64,000 bases of DNA from Alphaproteobacteria bacterium (GTDB taxonomy: Bacteria; Pseudomonadota; Alphaproteobacteria; SHVP01). The notes below the pieces were generated by a model. The model searched no databases. It was given only the letters and a program-made list of their open reading frames with translations, and was not told the DNA's origin. This document shows, in pieces, positions 8,812-21,125 of this stretch (its first letter is position 1; the number at the start of each line of letters is the position of its first letter). The position numbers and the translations under genes are program-made. The DNA is taken from assembly GCA_038116985.1 (NCBI GenBank), contig JAYOEZ010000001.1, positions 12,766 through 76,765 on the forward strand. Direction: 5' to 3'.

Positions 8812-9759
8812 ATGCCTGTGTCGGCCGAGATTCTCTTGTCAGGGCTGCGTGCGGCCGGAGAGCCGACGCGCCTTAGAATCCTTGGCCTTCTGTCAAATGC
8901 GGAACTGACCGTCAGCGAGTTGACCCAGATTCTCGGGCAGAGCCAGCCGCGCGTTTCGCGTCACCTTAAGCTGCTCGCCGATGCGGGCCTTATAGATCGG
9001 TTTCGCGAAGGCGCCTGGGTGTTTTGCCGGCTCGCCCGGCATGGCGACGCTGGGGAGCTTGCCGCCAGGATCGTCGACCTTTTGCCCGCCGAGGTAGGCG
9101 ACGATGGTGGCGACATGGCGCGCCTCGATGCCGTCCGCAAGGCGCGCGCCGCGGCGGCCGCGGCCTATTTCCGCGCCAACGCCGAGCGATGGGAGGAAGT
9201 GCGCGCGCTGCACGTCCCCGAATCCAACGTGGAGTCCGTCATGACAGGGCTTTTCGACGGGCGCGACATTGAGACCCTGGCTGACATCGGTACAGGCGCC
9301 GGCCGCATGCTCGAACTGCTTGGGCCAAAGGTTACGGAGGCGATCGGAATCGACCTGTCCCACGAGATGTTGGCTCTTGCGCGCGCCAACCTCGATCGGG
9401 ACGCGTTGAACAACTGCCGCGTCCGCCACGGCGACATGCAGAGCTTGCCGTTTGCGGAAGGCTCGCTCGATGCCGTCACCTATCACCAGGTTCTGCACTT
9501 CGCGGACGAGCCGGCAGCGGTGCTTGCCGAAGGTGCGCGTGTTCTGCGCGCCGGTGGCCTCATGGTGGTTGCTGACTTCGCCCCGCACGAGCTCGAGTCG
9601 CTTCGCGAGGAGCACGCCCATCGGCGTCTCGGCTTTCGCGAAGACGATGTCTCCGGCTGGATGCGCGACGCCGGAATGGACGTCGGCGAAGCGGTGCACC
9701 TAACCGGCGATCCCCTGACAGTAACCGTTTGGCATGCCGACAAGAGAGTTGAGCAATGA
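8812..9759 (+). CDS. sahR: ArsR-family wHTH regulator fused to a SAM-methyltransferase-like domain (SahR-type)
   Basis: N-terminus EPTRLRILGLL...TVSELTQILGQSQPRVSRHLKLL is an ArsR HTH. The C-terminus has a methyltransferase fold (DIGTGAGR...). It sits directly upstream of metF-metH and is coupled to them, matching the published SahR description. Confidence 0.6.
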   Translation: MPVSAEILLSGLRAAGEPTRLRILGLLSNAELTVSELTQILGQSQPRVSRHLKLLADAGLIDRFREGAWVFCRLARHGDAGELAARIVDLLPAEVGDDGGDMARLDAVRKARAAAAAAYFRANAERWEEVRALHVPESNVESVMTGLFDGRDIETLADIGTGAGRMLELLGPKVTEAIGIDLSHEMLALARANLDRDALNNCRVRHGDMQSLPFAEGSLDAVTYHQVLHFADEPAAVLAEGARVLRAGGLMVVADFAPHELESLREEHAHRRLGFREDDVSGWMRDAGMDVGEAVHLTGDPLTVTVWHADKRVEQ

Positions 9760-10679
9760 GTGATTTTCACGGACTCATCACGCACGAGAATCCGGCCGCG
9801 CCGCCGAAGGTGTCGTTCGAGTTCTTTCCGCCCAAGACCGAGAAGATGAGCGAGGTCTTGTGGGACTCGATCAAGCGCTTGGCACCGCTGAATCCTCGTT
9901 TCGTTTCCGTGACCTATGGCGCAGGCGGCAGTACGCGCGAGCGCACTCATGCAACCGTTGTGCGTATCTTGAAGGACACAGCCCTGATCCCCGCTGCTCA
10001 TTTGACCTGCGTGGGCGCCAGCAAAGGCCAGATCGACGACGTGGCGCGGCGCTACTGGGACTCCGGGGTGCGTCACATCGTGGCGCTGCGTGGCGATCCG
10101 CCTCGCGACGATCCGTCTTTCACGCCACATGATGACGGATATGCCAATGCGGCCGAACTTGTCGAAGGGCTGAAAGGTGTGGCCGACTTCGAGATCAGTG
10201 TGGCGTCGTATCCAGAAGTGCATGTCGATGCTGCCAGTCCGGACGCAGATATCGACTACCTAAAGCGCAAGATCGACGCGGGCGCGTCGCGCACGATCAC
10301 CCAGGTCTTCTTCGATCCGGAGGTGTATCTGCGCTGGCTCGACAAGGTGCGCGCAGCGGGGATCGAGGTGCCTGTCGTCCCGGGCATCATGCCGGTTTCC
10401 AATTTCTCCGGCGCGGTCCGCTTCTGCGGCATGTGTGGCGCCAGCGTGCCACTCTGGATGCATCGCCTGTTCGACGGTCTGGAAAAAGATCCGGAGACGC
10501 GCAAGCTTGTAGGTGCCTCTATCGCCGCCGAGCAGTGCCGCCGTTTGCAGGCCGAAGGCATCGATGAGTTCCATTTCTACACCTTGAATCGTGCCGATAT
10601 GACCTACGCCATTTGCCACATCCTTGGCCTGCGCGGCGACCCGCCGCCGGACGGGAGCAAAACGGGAGACGATGCATGA
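9756..10679 (+). CDS. metF: 5,10-methylenetetrahydrofolate reductase
   Basis: 307-aa track [13 protein letters not shown]...[16 protein letters not shown]...HLTCVG is the MetF signature. ATGA overlap with the upstream regulator gene. Confidence 0.9.
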   Translation: MSDFHGLITHENPAAPPKVSFEFFPPKTEKMSEVLWDSIKRLAPLNPRFVSVTYGAGGSTRERTHATVVRILKDTALIPAAHLTCVGASKGQIDDVARRYWDSGVRHIVALRGDPPRDDPSFTPHDDGYANAAELVEGLKGVADFEISVASYPEVHVDAASPDADIDYLKRKIDAGASRTITQVFFDPEVYLRWLDKVRAAGIEVPVVPGIMPVSNFSGAVRFCGMCGASVPLWMHRLFDGLEKDPETRKLVGASIAAEQCRRLQAEGIDEFHFYTLNRADMTYAICHILGLRGDPPPDGSKTGDDA

Positions 10680-11736
10680 CGCGCAGTGAGCGGATTGCCG
10701 CGTTGGAGGCTGCTGCTCGTTCGCGCATCCTCATACTCGATGGCGCGATGGGCACGATGATTCAGTCCTACAAGTTGGACGAGGCCGGCTACCGCGGAGA
10801 ACGATTCAAGGACTTCGGCCGCGACGTGAAGGGCAACAACGATCTTCTCAACCTGACGCAGCCCCAGGTCATTCGCGAAATTCACGACGCCTACCTCGAT
10901 GCCGGCGCCGACATCATTCAGACCAACACGTTCAACTCGACGACGATCTCCCAGGCGGACTACGGCATGGAGGATCTCGCTCCCGAATTGAACCGCGAGG
11001 GCGCACGGATCGCGCGCGAAGCGGCCGAGGCGGTGACGAAGAAGATGCCTGAGAAGCCGCGCTTCGTAGCCGGCTCTCTCGGGCCGACCAATCGTACCGC
11101 ATCCCTGTCGCCGGACGTCAATCGACCTGGATTTCGCAACATCACCTTTGACGAGTTGCGCAAGGCTTACCGCGAGGCGGCCGCCGCGCTGATGGAGGGC
11201 GGCGTCGACCTGCTGCTTGTGGAGACGGTGTTCGACACGCTCAACGCCAAGGCCGCCGTTTTTGGGATCGAGGAGCATTTCGACGAGATCGGCGAGCGTG
11301 TACCGCTGATGATCTCGGGTACGCTGACCGATCTGTCGGGCCGCAATCTGTCGGGCCAGACGATGGAGGCCTTCTGGCATTCGATGAGCCATGCGCGCCC
11401 GTTCTCGATCGGCATCAATTGTTCGTTCGGTGCGGAGCAGATTCGCCCTCATCTCGCGTCGCTTGCCGGAGTCGCGGACACCCGCATCTGTGCCTATCCG
11501 AATGCCGGCCTGCCTAACGAAATGGGTGAGTACGACGAACAGCCGGAAACCACCGCGGGCTTTCTCCGCGAGTGGGCCGAGTCCGGGTTCATAAACATTG
11601 TGGGCGGATGCTGCGGAACCAGGCCGCAGCATATTCGCGCGATCGCACGGGCGGTGGCAGACGTTGCGCCACGCGAGATTCCCGAGCCGCGCCACGCGAT
11701 GCGTCTTTCGGGTTTGGAGGCGGTCACGATCAGCGC

Positions 11737-11740
<4 letters not shown>
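10676..11740 (+). CDS. metH: methionine synthase, homocysteine-binding (Hcy S-methyltransferase) module as a separate ORF
   Basis: In-frame ATG 10676 ([30 protein letters not shown]...), with [11 protein letters not shown] near the end. The stop at 11738-11740 is real in this sequence. ATGA overlaps with metF upstream and with the next ORF. Confidence 0.85.
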
Positions 11741-14376
<2,636 letters not shown>

Positions 14377-14422
14377 GCCGACTTCTCGCGCTACACTCCT
14401 TTGAACAGAGGGAGGCGGCACG

Positions 14423-15349
14423 ATGGGCACCACAAGCGACTATCCGCGAGATCTCTATGGCTACGGTCCGAATCCGCCGGATCCCCAGTGGCCGGACGGC
14501 GCACGTCTCGCCGTCAGCTTCGTCATCAACTACGAGGAAGGCGCCGAACACACCATCCTCGACGGCGATAGCCATTCCGAAGGGCTGATGACTGACGTGC
14601 CTGGCCATCCGAGTTTCCAGGCACTTGAGGGCAAGCGGAGTTTCAACGTCGAATCGATCTACGAATACGGCGCGCGCGCCGGTATCTGGCGCCTGCTTCG
14701 CCTGTTCGAGCGCTACGACATGCGCTGCACGGTCTTCGCTTGCGGGCAGGCGATGGAGCGAAATCCCGTCGCGGCCAAGGCCATGGCGGACGCCGGCCAT
14801 GAGATCGCCACGCACGGCTACCGCTGGATCGATCATGGCGAGTTGAGCGAAGCCGAGGAGCGCGAGCACATGCGGCTCGCCATCGAGGCCATCCGCAACA
14901 CGACGGGCAAGCGGCCAGTCGGCTGGTTTGCCGGTCGCATGAGCCCGATCTCTCGACAACTCGCCGCCGAGGAAGGCGGCTTCATCTACGATTCTGATTC
15001 CTATGCCGACGACCTGCCCTACTGGATTGAGGTCGAGGGCCGTCCGGTGCTGATCGTGCCGTACTCGCTCGAAGTCAACGACATGCGCTTCACGGTGCCC
15101 GGCGGCTTCACCGAGGGGACGCAGTTCCTCAACCACATGCGCGATACCTTCGATGTACTGTATGAGGAAGCTGCGACGCAGCCGAAGATGATGTCGGTCG
15201 GCCTTCATCCCCGCGTCATCGGACGGCCGGGCCGGTCGCGGGCGCTGCAGCTCTTCATGGAGCACGTGAAGCGCCATCCGGATGTTTGGGTGTGTACCCG
15301 CGAAGACATCGCGCGCCACTGGCGCGAGCGGTTTCCCTACGGGAGCTAA
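14423..15349 (+). CDS. puuE: PuuE-type allantoinase (polysaccharide-deacetylase fold)
   Basis: YPRDLYGYGPNPPDPQWPDGARLAVSFVINYEEGAEH... and HGYRWIDH are characteristic of the PuuE / urate-catabolism deacetylase family. Confidence 0.75.
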   Translation: MGTTSDYPRDLYGYGPNPPDPQWPDGARLAVSFVINYEEGAEHTILDGDSHSEGLMTDVPGHPSFQALEGKRSFNVESIYEYGARAGIWRLLRLFERYDMRCTVFACGQAMERNPVAAKAMADAGHEIATHGYRWIDHGELSEAEEREHMRLAIEAIRNTTGKRPVGWFAGRMSPISRQLAAEEGGFIYDSDSYADDLPYWIEVEGRPVLIVPYSLEVNDMRFTVPGGFTEGTQFLNHMRDTFDVLYEEAATQPKMMSVGLHPRVIGRPGRSRALQLFMEHVKRHPDVWVCTREDIARHWRERFPYGS

Positions 15350-15385
15350 CTTCTGGCTGACACGCTTGGCGGCGCGGCTGTCAAG

Positions 15386-16102
15386 CTACCAGGGCACATC
15401 CTCGCCGTTCCAGGCGATGAAACGGCCGGCGTCGGCGGGGGTGAGTTGCTTGGCGACCTGAACCAGGCCGCTGACGCTCTCGTCGACGGTTAGCGCCGCC
15501 TCGGGCCCACCCATATCGGTCTGCGTCCATCCCGGATGCAGCGAGACGACTGTGATGCCGCGATCGCGCAGGTCGATCGCCATGCTGCGCATCACCATGT
15601 TGAGTGCCGTCTTGGATGTCGCATAGTGGTACCACAGGCCGGACGCGTTACTGGCGATGCTGCCGACGATGCTCGACATGAGCAACATCTGCTTGCGCTC
15701 GCTGGCGGCAACGTTGTCGACGAACACCTCGCACATACGGGTCGGCGCCAGGACATTGACGCGCATGACCGTCATCCACTCGTCCTCATCCAGACTGTCG
15801 AAGCGCTGATCGGGATCGTTGCGGTCGACCGGTTTCTGGGCCGTGCCCATGATCCCGGCGTTGTTGAACAGCACGTCGATGGGCTCACCGCCGATTGATG
15901 CTTTCAGCGCGTCAATCTGGTCGAAATCGACGACATCGAGGGCATGCACGGTGATGTCGTGCTTGGCTGCAAGCGCGTTGAGGGCGTCCGCTTTCGCCGG
16001 CTGCCGGCAACAGGCGTGAATGCGCCAGCCTTCCTCTGCGAGCCGCCGAGTGAAGTCGAGGCCCAGGCCACGGTTCGCGCCGGTAATGAGCAGGGTCATC
16101 AT
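15386..16102 (-). CDS. short-chain dehydrogenase/reductase (sniffer/C-factor-like), paralogue 1
   Basis: ITGANRGLG, NNAG, YATSKTALN and HPGWTQTDMGG motifs; the protein ends in PW. Confidence 0.85.
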   Translation of the reverse strand: MMTLLITGANRGLGLDFTRRLAEEGWRIHACCRQPAKADALNALAAKHDITVHALDVVDFDQIDALKASIGGEPIDVLFNNAGIMGTAQKPVDRNDPDQRFDSLDEDEWMTVMRVNVLAPTRMCEVFVDNVAASERKQMLLMSSIVGSIASNASGLWYHYATSKTALNMVMRSMAIDLRDRGITVVSLHPGWTQTDMGGPEAALTVDESVSGLVQVAKQLTPADAGRFIAWNGEDVPW

Positions 16103-16109
16103 GACGGGT

Positions 16110-16784
16110 TCACCATGGCAGTGTCTTGCCTTGCCAATCGAAGAAACCGCCGCTCATCTTCGGCGTTGCGGATTCCACGACGCGTTTCACGCCGGCCGCG
16201 CTTTCTTCGGGCGAGATCGCCGCGCTCGGACCGCCCATGTCGGTGCGGACCCATCCGGGATGCATGCTCAGGACGATGATTCCGTCGGCTGCCAGATCGT
16301 GGCCCAGCGTCTTGCCCGCCATGTTCAGCGCGGCCTTGGACGTCCTGTAGGGAACGTGGCCGCCGTTTGCGTCCGCAATCGAGCCCATGATGCTTGACAC
16401 GTTGAGGATGATCCTGCGCTCGGAGCGCCGTACGTGGTCATGGAAAGCCTCGGCCATCTTGTAGGGCGCCATGGTGTTGATGGCGAGAAGATGCGCCCAG
16501 CGTTCGTAGTCCATCTCGCCGAAATTCGGCCGCGGCCGCGACGTCTGACCGGCGTTGTTCATCAGGACGTCGATTGGCGCAGTGATTTCGCGTGCCAGAG
16601 CGTCCACCGCTGCGGAATCGGTGACGTCCAACCGATGAACGGCAACGCCGTCGATCGCCGCGAGATTGCCCGCCTTCTCCGGATCGCGACAGCAGCCGAG
16701 GACCGTCCATCCGTCGGCCGCGTACTGGCGCGCCGATTCGAGGCCGATTCCACGGTTGGCGCCGGTGATCAGGATCGTCGGCAT
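16110..16784 (-). CDS. short-chain dehydrogenase/reductase, paralogue 2
   Basis: In-frame ATG 16784 (MPTILITGANRGIG...) inside track ORF 16110..16991. NNAG, YRTSKAALN and HPGWVRTDMGG motifs; ends in PW. Confidence 0.85.
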   Translation of the reverse strand: MPTILITGANRGIGLESARQYAADGWTVLGCCRDPEKAGNLAAIDGVAVHRLDVTDSAAVDALAREITAPIDVLMNNAGQTSRPRPNFGEMDYERWAHLLAINTMAPYKMAEAFHDHVRRSERRIILNVSSIMGSIADANGGHVPYRTSKAALNMAGKTLGHDLAADGIIVLSMHPGWVRTDMGGPSAAISPEESAAGVKRVVESATPKMSGGFFDWQGKTLPW

Positions 16785-16794
16785 GGAGTTCGCC

Positions 16795-17505
16795 TCACCA
16801 CGGCTGCTCGGCGCCGGTATAGAAGAAATACTGGCCCGTGTGTTCGATCGTCCGGCTGGCCAGAACGTCGCGCAAGCCGGCGATGCTTTCAGGCGGCTTG
16901 AGCTTTGCCGTCGGGCCGCCCATATCGGTCTGCACGTGCCCGGGGCCGACTGCGACGACTGTAATCCCTCGATCCCGCAGGTCCGGCGCAAGTTTGCTGA
17001 CCAGCATGTTCAACGCGGCCTTGCTTGAGCGATACATGTAGAGCTTGCCGGGCGCGTTGCGCGCGCCGTCGCTGTTCTCGGTCAGGCTGCCAAGACCCGA
17101 GGTCATCATTGCGATCACCTTCTGCCCGCTGCGCGCCACGTGGGGTGCGAATGCATGCGTGACCCAGGCGGGGCCGAACAGATTCGTACGCAGGATGTCT
17201 TCCCATTTTGCATAGTCCAGGTCGCCGAAGCCCTCGTCGAAGGACTCCATCCTGCCCGCGTTGTTGATCAGGATATCGATTGGCTCGTCGATCTCGCGCG
17301 CCGCTGCCCGAACGTTCTCCCGATCAGTGACGTCGATCGCAATGACCGTCGTCGCGCCGTTTGTCGTTGTGGCCAGCGCATTGAGCTCATCAGCCTTGTC
17401 CGGATGCCGGCAGCCCGCCACAACGCGCCAACCGTCCTCCGCATACTGACGGACGAACTCAAGACCAAGTCCCCTGTTTGTTCCTGTGACGAGAACGCTC
17501 GGCAC
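16795..17505 (-). CDS. short-chain dehydrogenase/reductase, paralogue 3
   Basis: GTG start at 17505. VTGTNRGLG, NNAG, YRSSKAALN and GPGHVQTDMGG motifs; ends in PW. Confidence 0.85.
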   Translation of the reverse strand: MPSVLVTGTNRGLGLEFVRQYAEDGWRVVAGCRHPDKADELNALATTTNGATTVIAIDVTDRENVRAAAREIDEPIDILINNAGRMESFDEGFGDLDYAKWEDILRTNLFGPAWVTHAFAPHVARSGQKVIAMMTSGLGSLTENSDGARNAPGKLYMYRSSKAALNMLVSKLAPDLRDRGITVVAVGPGHVQTDMGGPTAKLKPPESIAGLRDVLASRTIEHTGQYFFYTGAEQPW

Positions 17506-17578
17506 GCTCTTTCTCCTACGTTGGCCTCACCCGCCCGCGGTCGATACGATGCGCGGCAAGACGAAGCAGGAGAACAGT

Positions 17579-18085
17579 ATGAAACTCGAAGGCGGCTGTC
17601 ACTGTGGCAAGGTCAGCTTCTCGGTGGAGTCGGACGCGCCGTATCCCTACATGCGCTGCTATTGCTCGATTTGCCGCATGACGGCTGGATCCGGCGGCTA
17701 CGCCATCAATCTCTCGGGCCGATTTCAGACAATGAAGGTCTCCGGCGGCGAGTACATGTCGGCCTATCGTGTCGAGAAGCGCCGCACCGAGCACGGGGCC
17801 CAAGCGCCGGAAGATGAGCTCACCACGACCACGCGCGCGTTCTGCAAGGAGTGCAGCACCGTGCTATGGGTATATAGCCCGGAGTGGCCCGAACTCATTC
17901 ACCCATTTGCGGGGGTCATCTCGACGCCGCTTCCGAAACCGCCGGAAACCGTCCACGTGATGCTGGATTTCAAGCCGGACTGGGTCGAGGTTCCTTCCGG
18001 CGACGGGCACGTCCACTTCGAGCGCTATCCATCTGAATCGATCGAGGCATGGCACCGCCGCCACGGTCTTTGGGAAGGAGATTGA
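17579..18085 (+). CDS. GFA (glutathione-dependent formaldehyde-activating / CENP-V-like) family Zn protein
   Basis: ATG 17579 is preceded by AGGAGA. Cys clusters CHCGKVSF, CYCSICR and CKECS are typical of the GFA family. Confidence 0.75.
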   Translation: MKLEGGCHCGKVSFSVESDAPYPYMRCYCSICRMTAGSGGYAINLSGRFQTMKVSGGEYMSAYRVEKRRTEHGAQAPEDELTTTTRAFCKECSTVLWVYSPEWPELIHPFAGVISTPLPKPPETVHVMLDFKPDWVEVPSGDGHVHFERYPSESIEAWHRRHGLWEGD

Positions 18086-18087
18086 AC

Positions 18088-18372
18088 ATGACCGCCTATC
18101 TGATCGCCGACATCGACGTGCGCGACGAGAACGCCTACGGCAGGTACACCGCGCAGACGCCCGACCTGGTGGCCCGACATGGCGGCCGCTTCATCGTGCG
18201 CGGCGGCAACCCCGACGCCAAGGAGGGCGAGTGGTCGGCGCGCATCGCCGTGATGGAATTTCCCTCGCGCGAAGCGCTGGACGCTTTCTGGAATGACCCG
18301 GACTACCGCGCGATCGTCGGAATTCGACACGCGAACTCAAAGGGCCGCATTGTTGCCGTAGACGGGGTGTAG
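18088..18372 (+). CDS. DUF1330-family small protein
   Basis: MTAYLIADIDVRDENAYGRY...VMEFPSREALDAFWNDPDY resembles DUF1330. SD GGAAGGAG lies upstream. Confidence 0.7.
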   Translation: MTAYLIADIDVRDENAYGRYTAQTPDLVARHGGRFIVRGGNPDAKEGEWSARIAVMEFPSREALDAFWNDPDYRAIVGIRHANSKGRIVAVDGV

Positions 18373-18399
18373 TCGGTTGCGTCCCGCAAGGAGAATTTC

Positions 18400-18732
18400 A
18401 TGACGCTGACTCAAAAGACCTGTGTGCCGTGCCGCGGCGGGATTCCGCCGCTGACCGAAAACGAAGCCGCCGTGTTCGCCCGCGAGGTGCCTGCATGGGA
18501 GCTCACTCACAACGCAACGCGCATCCTGCGCAAGTTTCGCTTTGATGATTTCGTCGCGGCCCTCGAGTTCGTCAACAAGGTCGGGGCACTGGCGGAGGAG
18601 GAGGGCCACCACCCCGATATCGCCTTCGGCTGGGGCTACGCGAACGTCGAGCTCTACACCCATAAGATCAAGGGGTTGCACGAGAACGACTTCATCATGG
18701 CCGCCAAGATCGACGAAATCGCCGGCGGCTGA
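18400..18732 (+). CDS. 4a-hydroxytetrahydrobiopterin (pterin-4a-carbinolamine) dehydratase
   Basis: 110-aa ORF carrying the PCD signature ...EEEGHHPDI...W..V...L.TH...GL...D. Confidence 0.85.
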   Translation: MTLTQKTCVPCRGGIPPLTENEAAVFAREVPAWELTHNATRILRKFRFDDFVAALEFVNKVGALAEEEGHHPDIAFGWGYANVELYTHKIKGLHENDFIMAAKIDEIAGG

Positions 18733-19761
18733 TCAGTTGCGCGCCGCCTCGATCTGACGGTCCACAAATGCGTCGAGCCGGTCGAGCCACGGGTCGCGAT
18801 ACTCGTCCCGCTCCATCCATATCTCGTGCTTGGCGTCCGCGATGGGGAACAGCTCGCATCCCGGCATCGCCGCACAGGCGTCGTCATGGGCGGCCGGCAG
18901 CACGATCTGGTCGTTGCGTGGTGACGCAATGAGAACAGGAGTCGCAATCTCTGACAGGTATGCCGGCTCGTTGATCAGCGCGATCGACTTGAAGGCATTG
19001 CGCAGCCAGCCGTATGTGGCGCTGCCAAGCTGGAGTTCCGGTTTGAGCCGCATGTATTCCTCGCCGACGCGGAAGCGCACCGGGTCCTGCGACACGTCGC
19101 TGTCCTCTACGGCGAATTCCGGGTCGTAGGCCCAGGCGCTGCCGCCGACCACGTAGGATTCTCCTGCAATCACATTGCCGCTCCATGCCAGAGGGCGCGC
19201 GATCCACTTCGGGATGCTGCCAGTATTGATGCGCAGCATCGGCGCGGTCAGGGCGGCGAAGTCGAACGTGCCCGGATAGTCGTGAAGGTGACGGATCGTG
19301 ATGTGCCCGCCCATCGAGTGCGCCAGCACGAACATCGGCGCGCCGGCCGGCCGTTCGACGATCTCGGTCGCGAACTGCTGCAGGTCGGCGGCATCTCGAT
19401 CGTAACCCTGATACCAGGGCTTGTGCGTGTCCGGCAGGTAGTGGTCCGAGCCGCCCTGGCCGCGCCAGTCCATCTGCCAGACATCAAAGCCGCGTGCATT
19501 CAGGTCGCGCACGACCTCGAAGTACTTCTCGCCGAACTCGCGAAACCCGGTGACGATCACGGCGATCGCGCGTGGGTTGTCCACAGTCAATCGACCGAAA
19601 CGGATGCCCGCGCCTTGGGCGTTGGTGAAGCGTCCCCATTCCCAGCCCTCGGGCTCGGTGAAACGTTCGGGGATCGCGGTGTCCTGGGCCATCAGCGGCG
19701 CAGCGTAAAGGATCGCCGCGACCGCCAGAAGGAGAGCGCACACTTGCCGAAGTCGGATCAT
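18733..19761 (-). CDS. secreted alpha/beta hydrolase, lysophospholipase-like (paralogue A)
   Basis: Track ORF 18733..19794. I prefer ATG 19761 because it gives a signal peptide (MIRLRQVCALLLAVAAILYAAPLMAQD). DWRGQGGS, AHSMGG and a C-terminal DAKHEIWMERD are present. Confidence 0.75.
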   Translation of the reverse strand: MIRLRQVCALLLAVAAILYAAPLMAQDTAIPERFTEPEGWEWGRFTNAQGAGIRFGRLTVDNPRAIAVIVTGFREFGEKYFEVVRDLNARGFDVWQMDWRGQGGSDHYLPDTHKPWYQGYDRDAADLQQFATEIVERPAGAPMFVLAHSMGGHITIRHLHDYPGTFDFAALTAPMLRINTGSIPKWIARPLAWSGNVIAGESYVVGGSAWAYDPEFAVEDSDVSQDPVRFRVGEEYMRLKPELQLGSATYGWLRNAFKSIALINEPAYLSEIATPVLIASPRNDQIVLPAAHDDACAAMPGCELFPIADAKHEIWMERDEYRDPWLDRLDAFVDRQIEAARN

Positions 19762-19778
19762 GGTCCGATCATCGTGAA

Positions 19779-21125
19779 GTGCCGCAACGATCACAAGACC
19801 GGAATCGCGCGGGGCCCGCGGATGGCCTGACCTCTCAACTCGAGGCTGTGTGCGCCTGGCTCGCGGCGGATCTTGCGGGGCTGCCGGCGGACGTGTCGGA
19901 TCGCGCGCGTCTGCTCATGCTCGACACAGTTGGGTGTGCGATTGCCGGTTTCCGGCACCGGCCTGTGCGCGACTATGCCGCGCGACTGGCGCAGCCTGGC
20001 GGCATCGCGCTCCCCGGTCTTGCCGCTTTGCCGCCGGCGCACCTCGGGCAGGTGCTCGCCGTTTCAGCGTGTTGGGATGAGGCATGTGAGGGCCTGGCCC
20101 GAGCCCACGGCCGACCCGGCCTGCATGCGGCACCTGCCGCGCTGGCGGCAGGTCTGGCGCGACGGGCTGCCTATGGGTCGGTGCTTGCCGCAATCGTCGC
20201 CGGCTACGAGGTCGGCGGTCGCCTCGGCGAGGTATTGCGAATCCGGACCGGCATGCACGTCGACGGCACTTGGGGGACGATTGCCGCCGCGGTGGCCGCG
20301 CGAGCGGTGGAGGGCTTTGCTGCGGGCGACCTCATGGCCGCGCTGAATGCAGCCGCGTGCACCTTGCCCGCCAGCCTCTACGCCCCGGTTCGCGAGGGCG
20401 CGACGATGCGCAATCTCTATGCCGGGCAGGCCGTTTCGCGCGGCTATGAGGTTGCGCAGGCCGTGGTGTCGCGTGTCGGCGTGCCGGCTGGCGGAATCGA
20501 CGAAGCGGTGCCGCTGTCCTTCATCCCCGACGCCGCGCGCGAACTTGCTGCGCCGCGCGAGTGGCTGATCCTCGAGGGGTACTTCAAGCCCTTTGCCGCG
20601 GTGCGCCATGTTCACTATGGCGCGCAGGCGGCGTTGGATTGGCGCAAGATCTCCGGCGGCCAAACGGACTCCATCACCGGGCTTCTGCTGGAGACATATC
20701 CCGAGGCGGTGACCTATTGCGGCAATCGGGCGCCGCGTGCGGCGATCCAGGCGCAGTTCAGCCTTACCTATGGGCTGGCGCACGCCCTGGTGCGCGGCTC
20801 GCTCGGCCCCGAAGCCTATGATGCGGCGGCGCTGGCCGATCCTGAAACGACCCGGCTCGAAGCGCTGGTCGAGCTCGACGCTACCGGCAAGTTCACCGAT
20901 GGGCGAGGTGCGCGGCTGACGGTCAGGCGCGGCGAGCGCAACGAGACCACGCATGTCGAACAGGTATGCGGTGATCCAGCCGCACCGATGTCGGCCGATG
21001 GCGTCAAAGAGAAATTTCTCGCCTATACGGCGGCATCGCTTGGTACGGACCGGGCTGCGACGTTGGCTGGTCGCATCCTCGATGCGGCACCCGAAACGCC
21101 GGTGTCGGAGATCTTCTTGCGCTAG
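19779..21125 (+). CDS. MmgE/PrpD-family protein (2-methylcitrate-dehydratase-like)
   Basis: 448-aa track ORF with ...LMLDTVGCAIAG... and an Ala/Gly-rich helical body typical of PrpD/MmgE. The start is uncertain. Confidence 0.7.
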   Translation: MPQRSQDRNRAGPADGLTSQLEAVCAWLAADLAGLPADVSDRARLLMLDTVGCAIAGFRHRPVRDYAARLAQPGGIALPGLAALPPAHLGQVLAVSACWDEACEGLARAHGRPGLHAAPAALAAGLARRAAYGSVLAAIVAGYEVGGRLGEVLRIRTGMHVDGTWGTIAAAVAARAVEGFAAGDLMAALNAAACTLPASLYAPVREGATMRNLYAGQAVSRGYEVAQAVVSRVGVPAGGIDEAVPLSFIPDAARELAAPREWLILEGYFKPFAAVRHVHYGAQAALDWRKISGGQTDSITGLLLETYPEAVTYCGNRAPRAAIQAQFSLTYGLAHALVRGSLGPEAYDAAALADPETTRLEALVELDATGKFTDGRGARLTVRRGERNETTHVEQVCGDPAAPMSADGVKEKFLAYTAASLGTDRAATLAGRILDAAPETPVSEIFLR

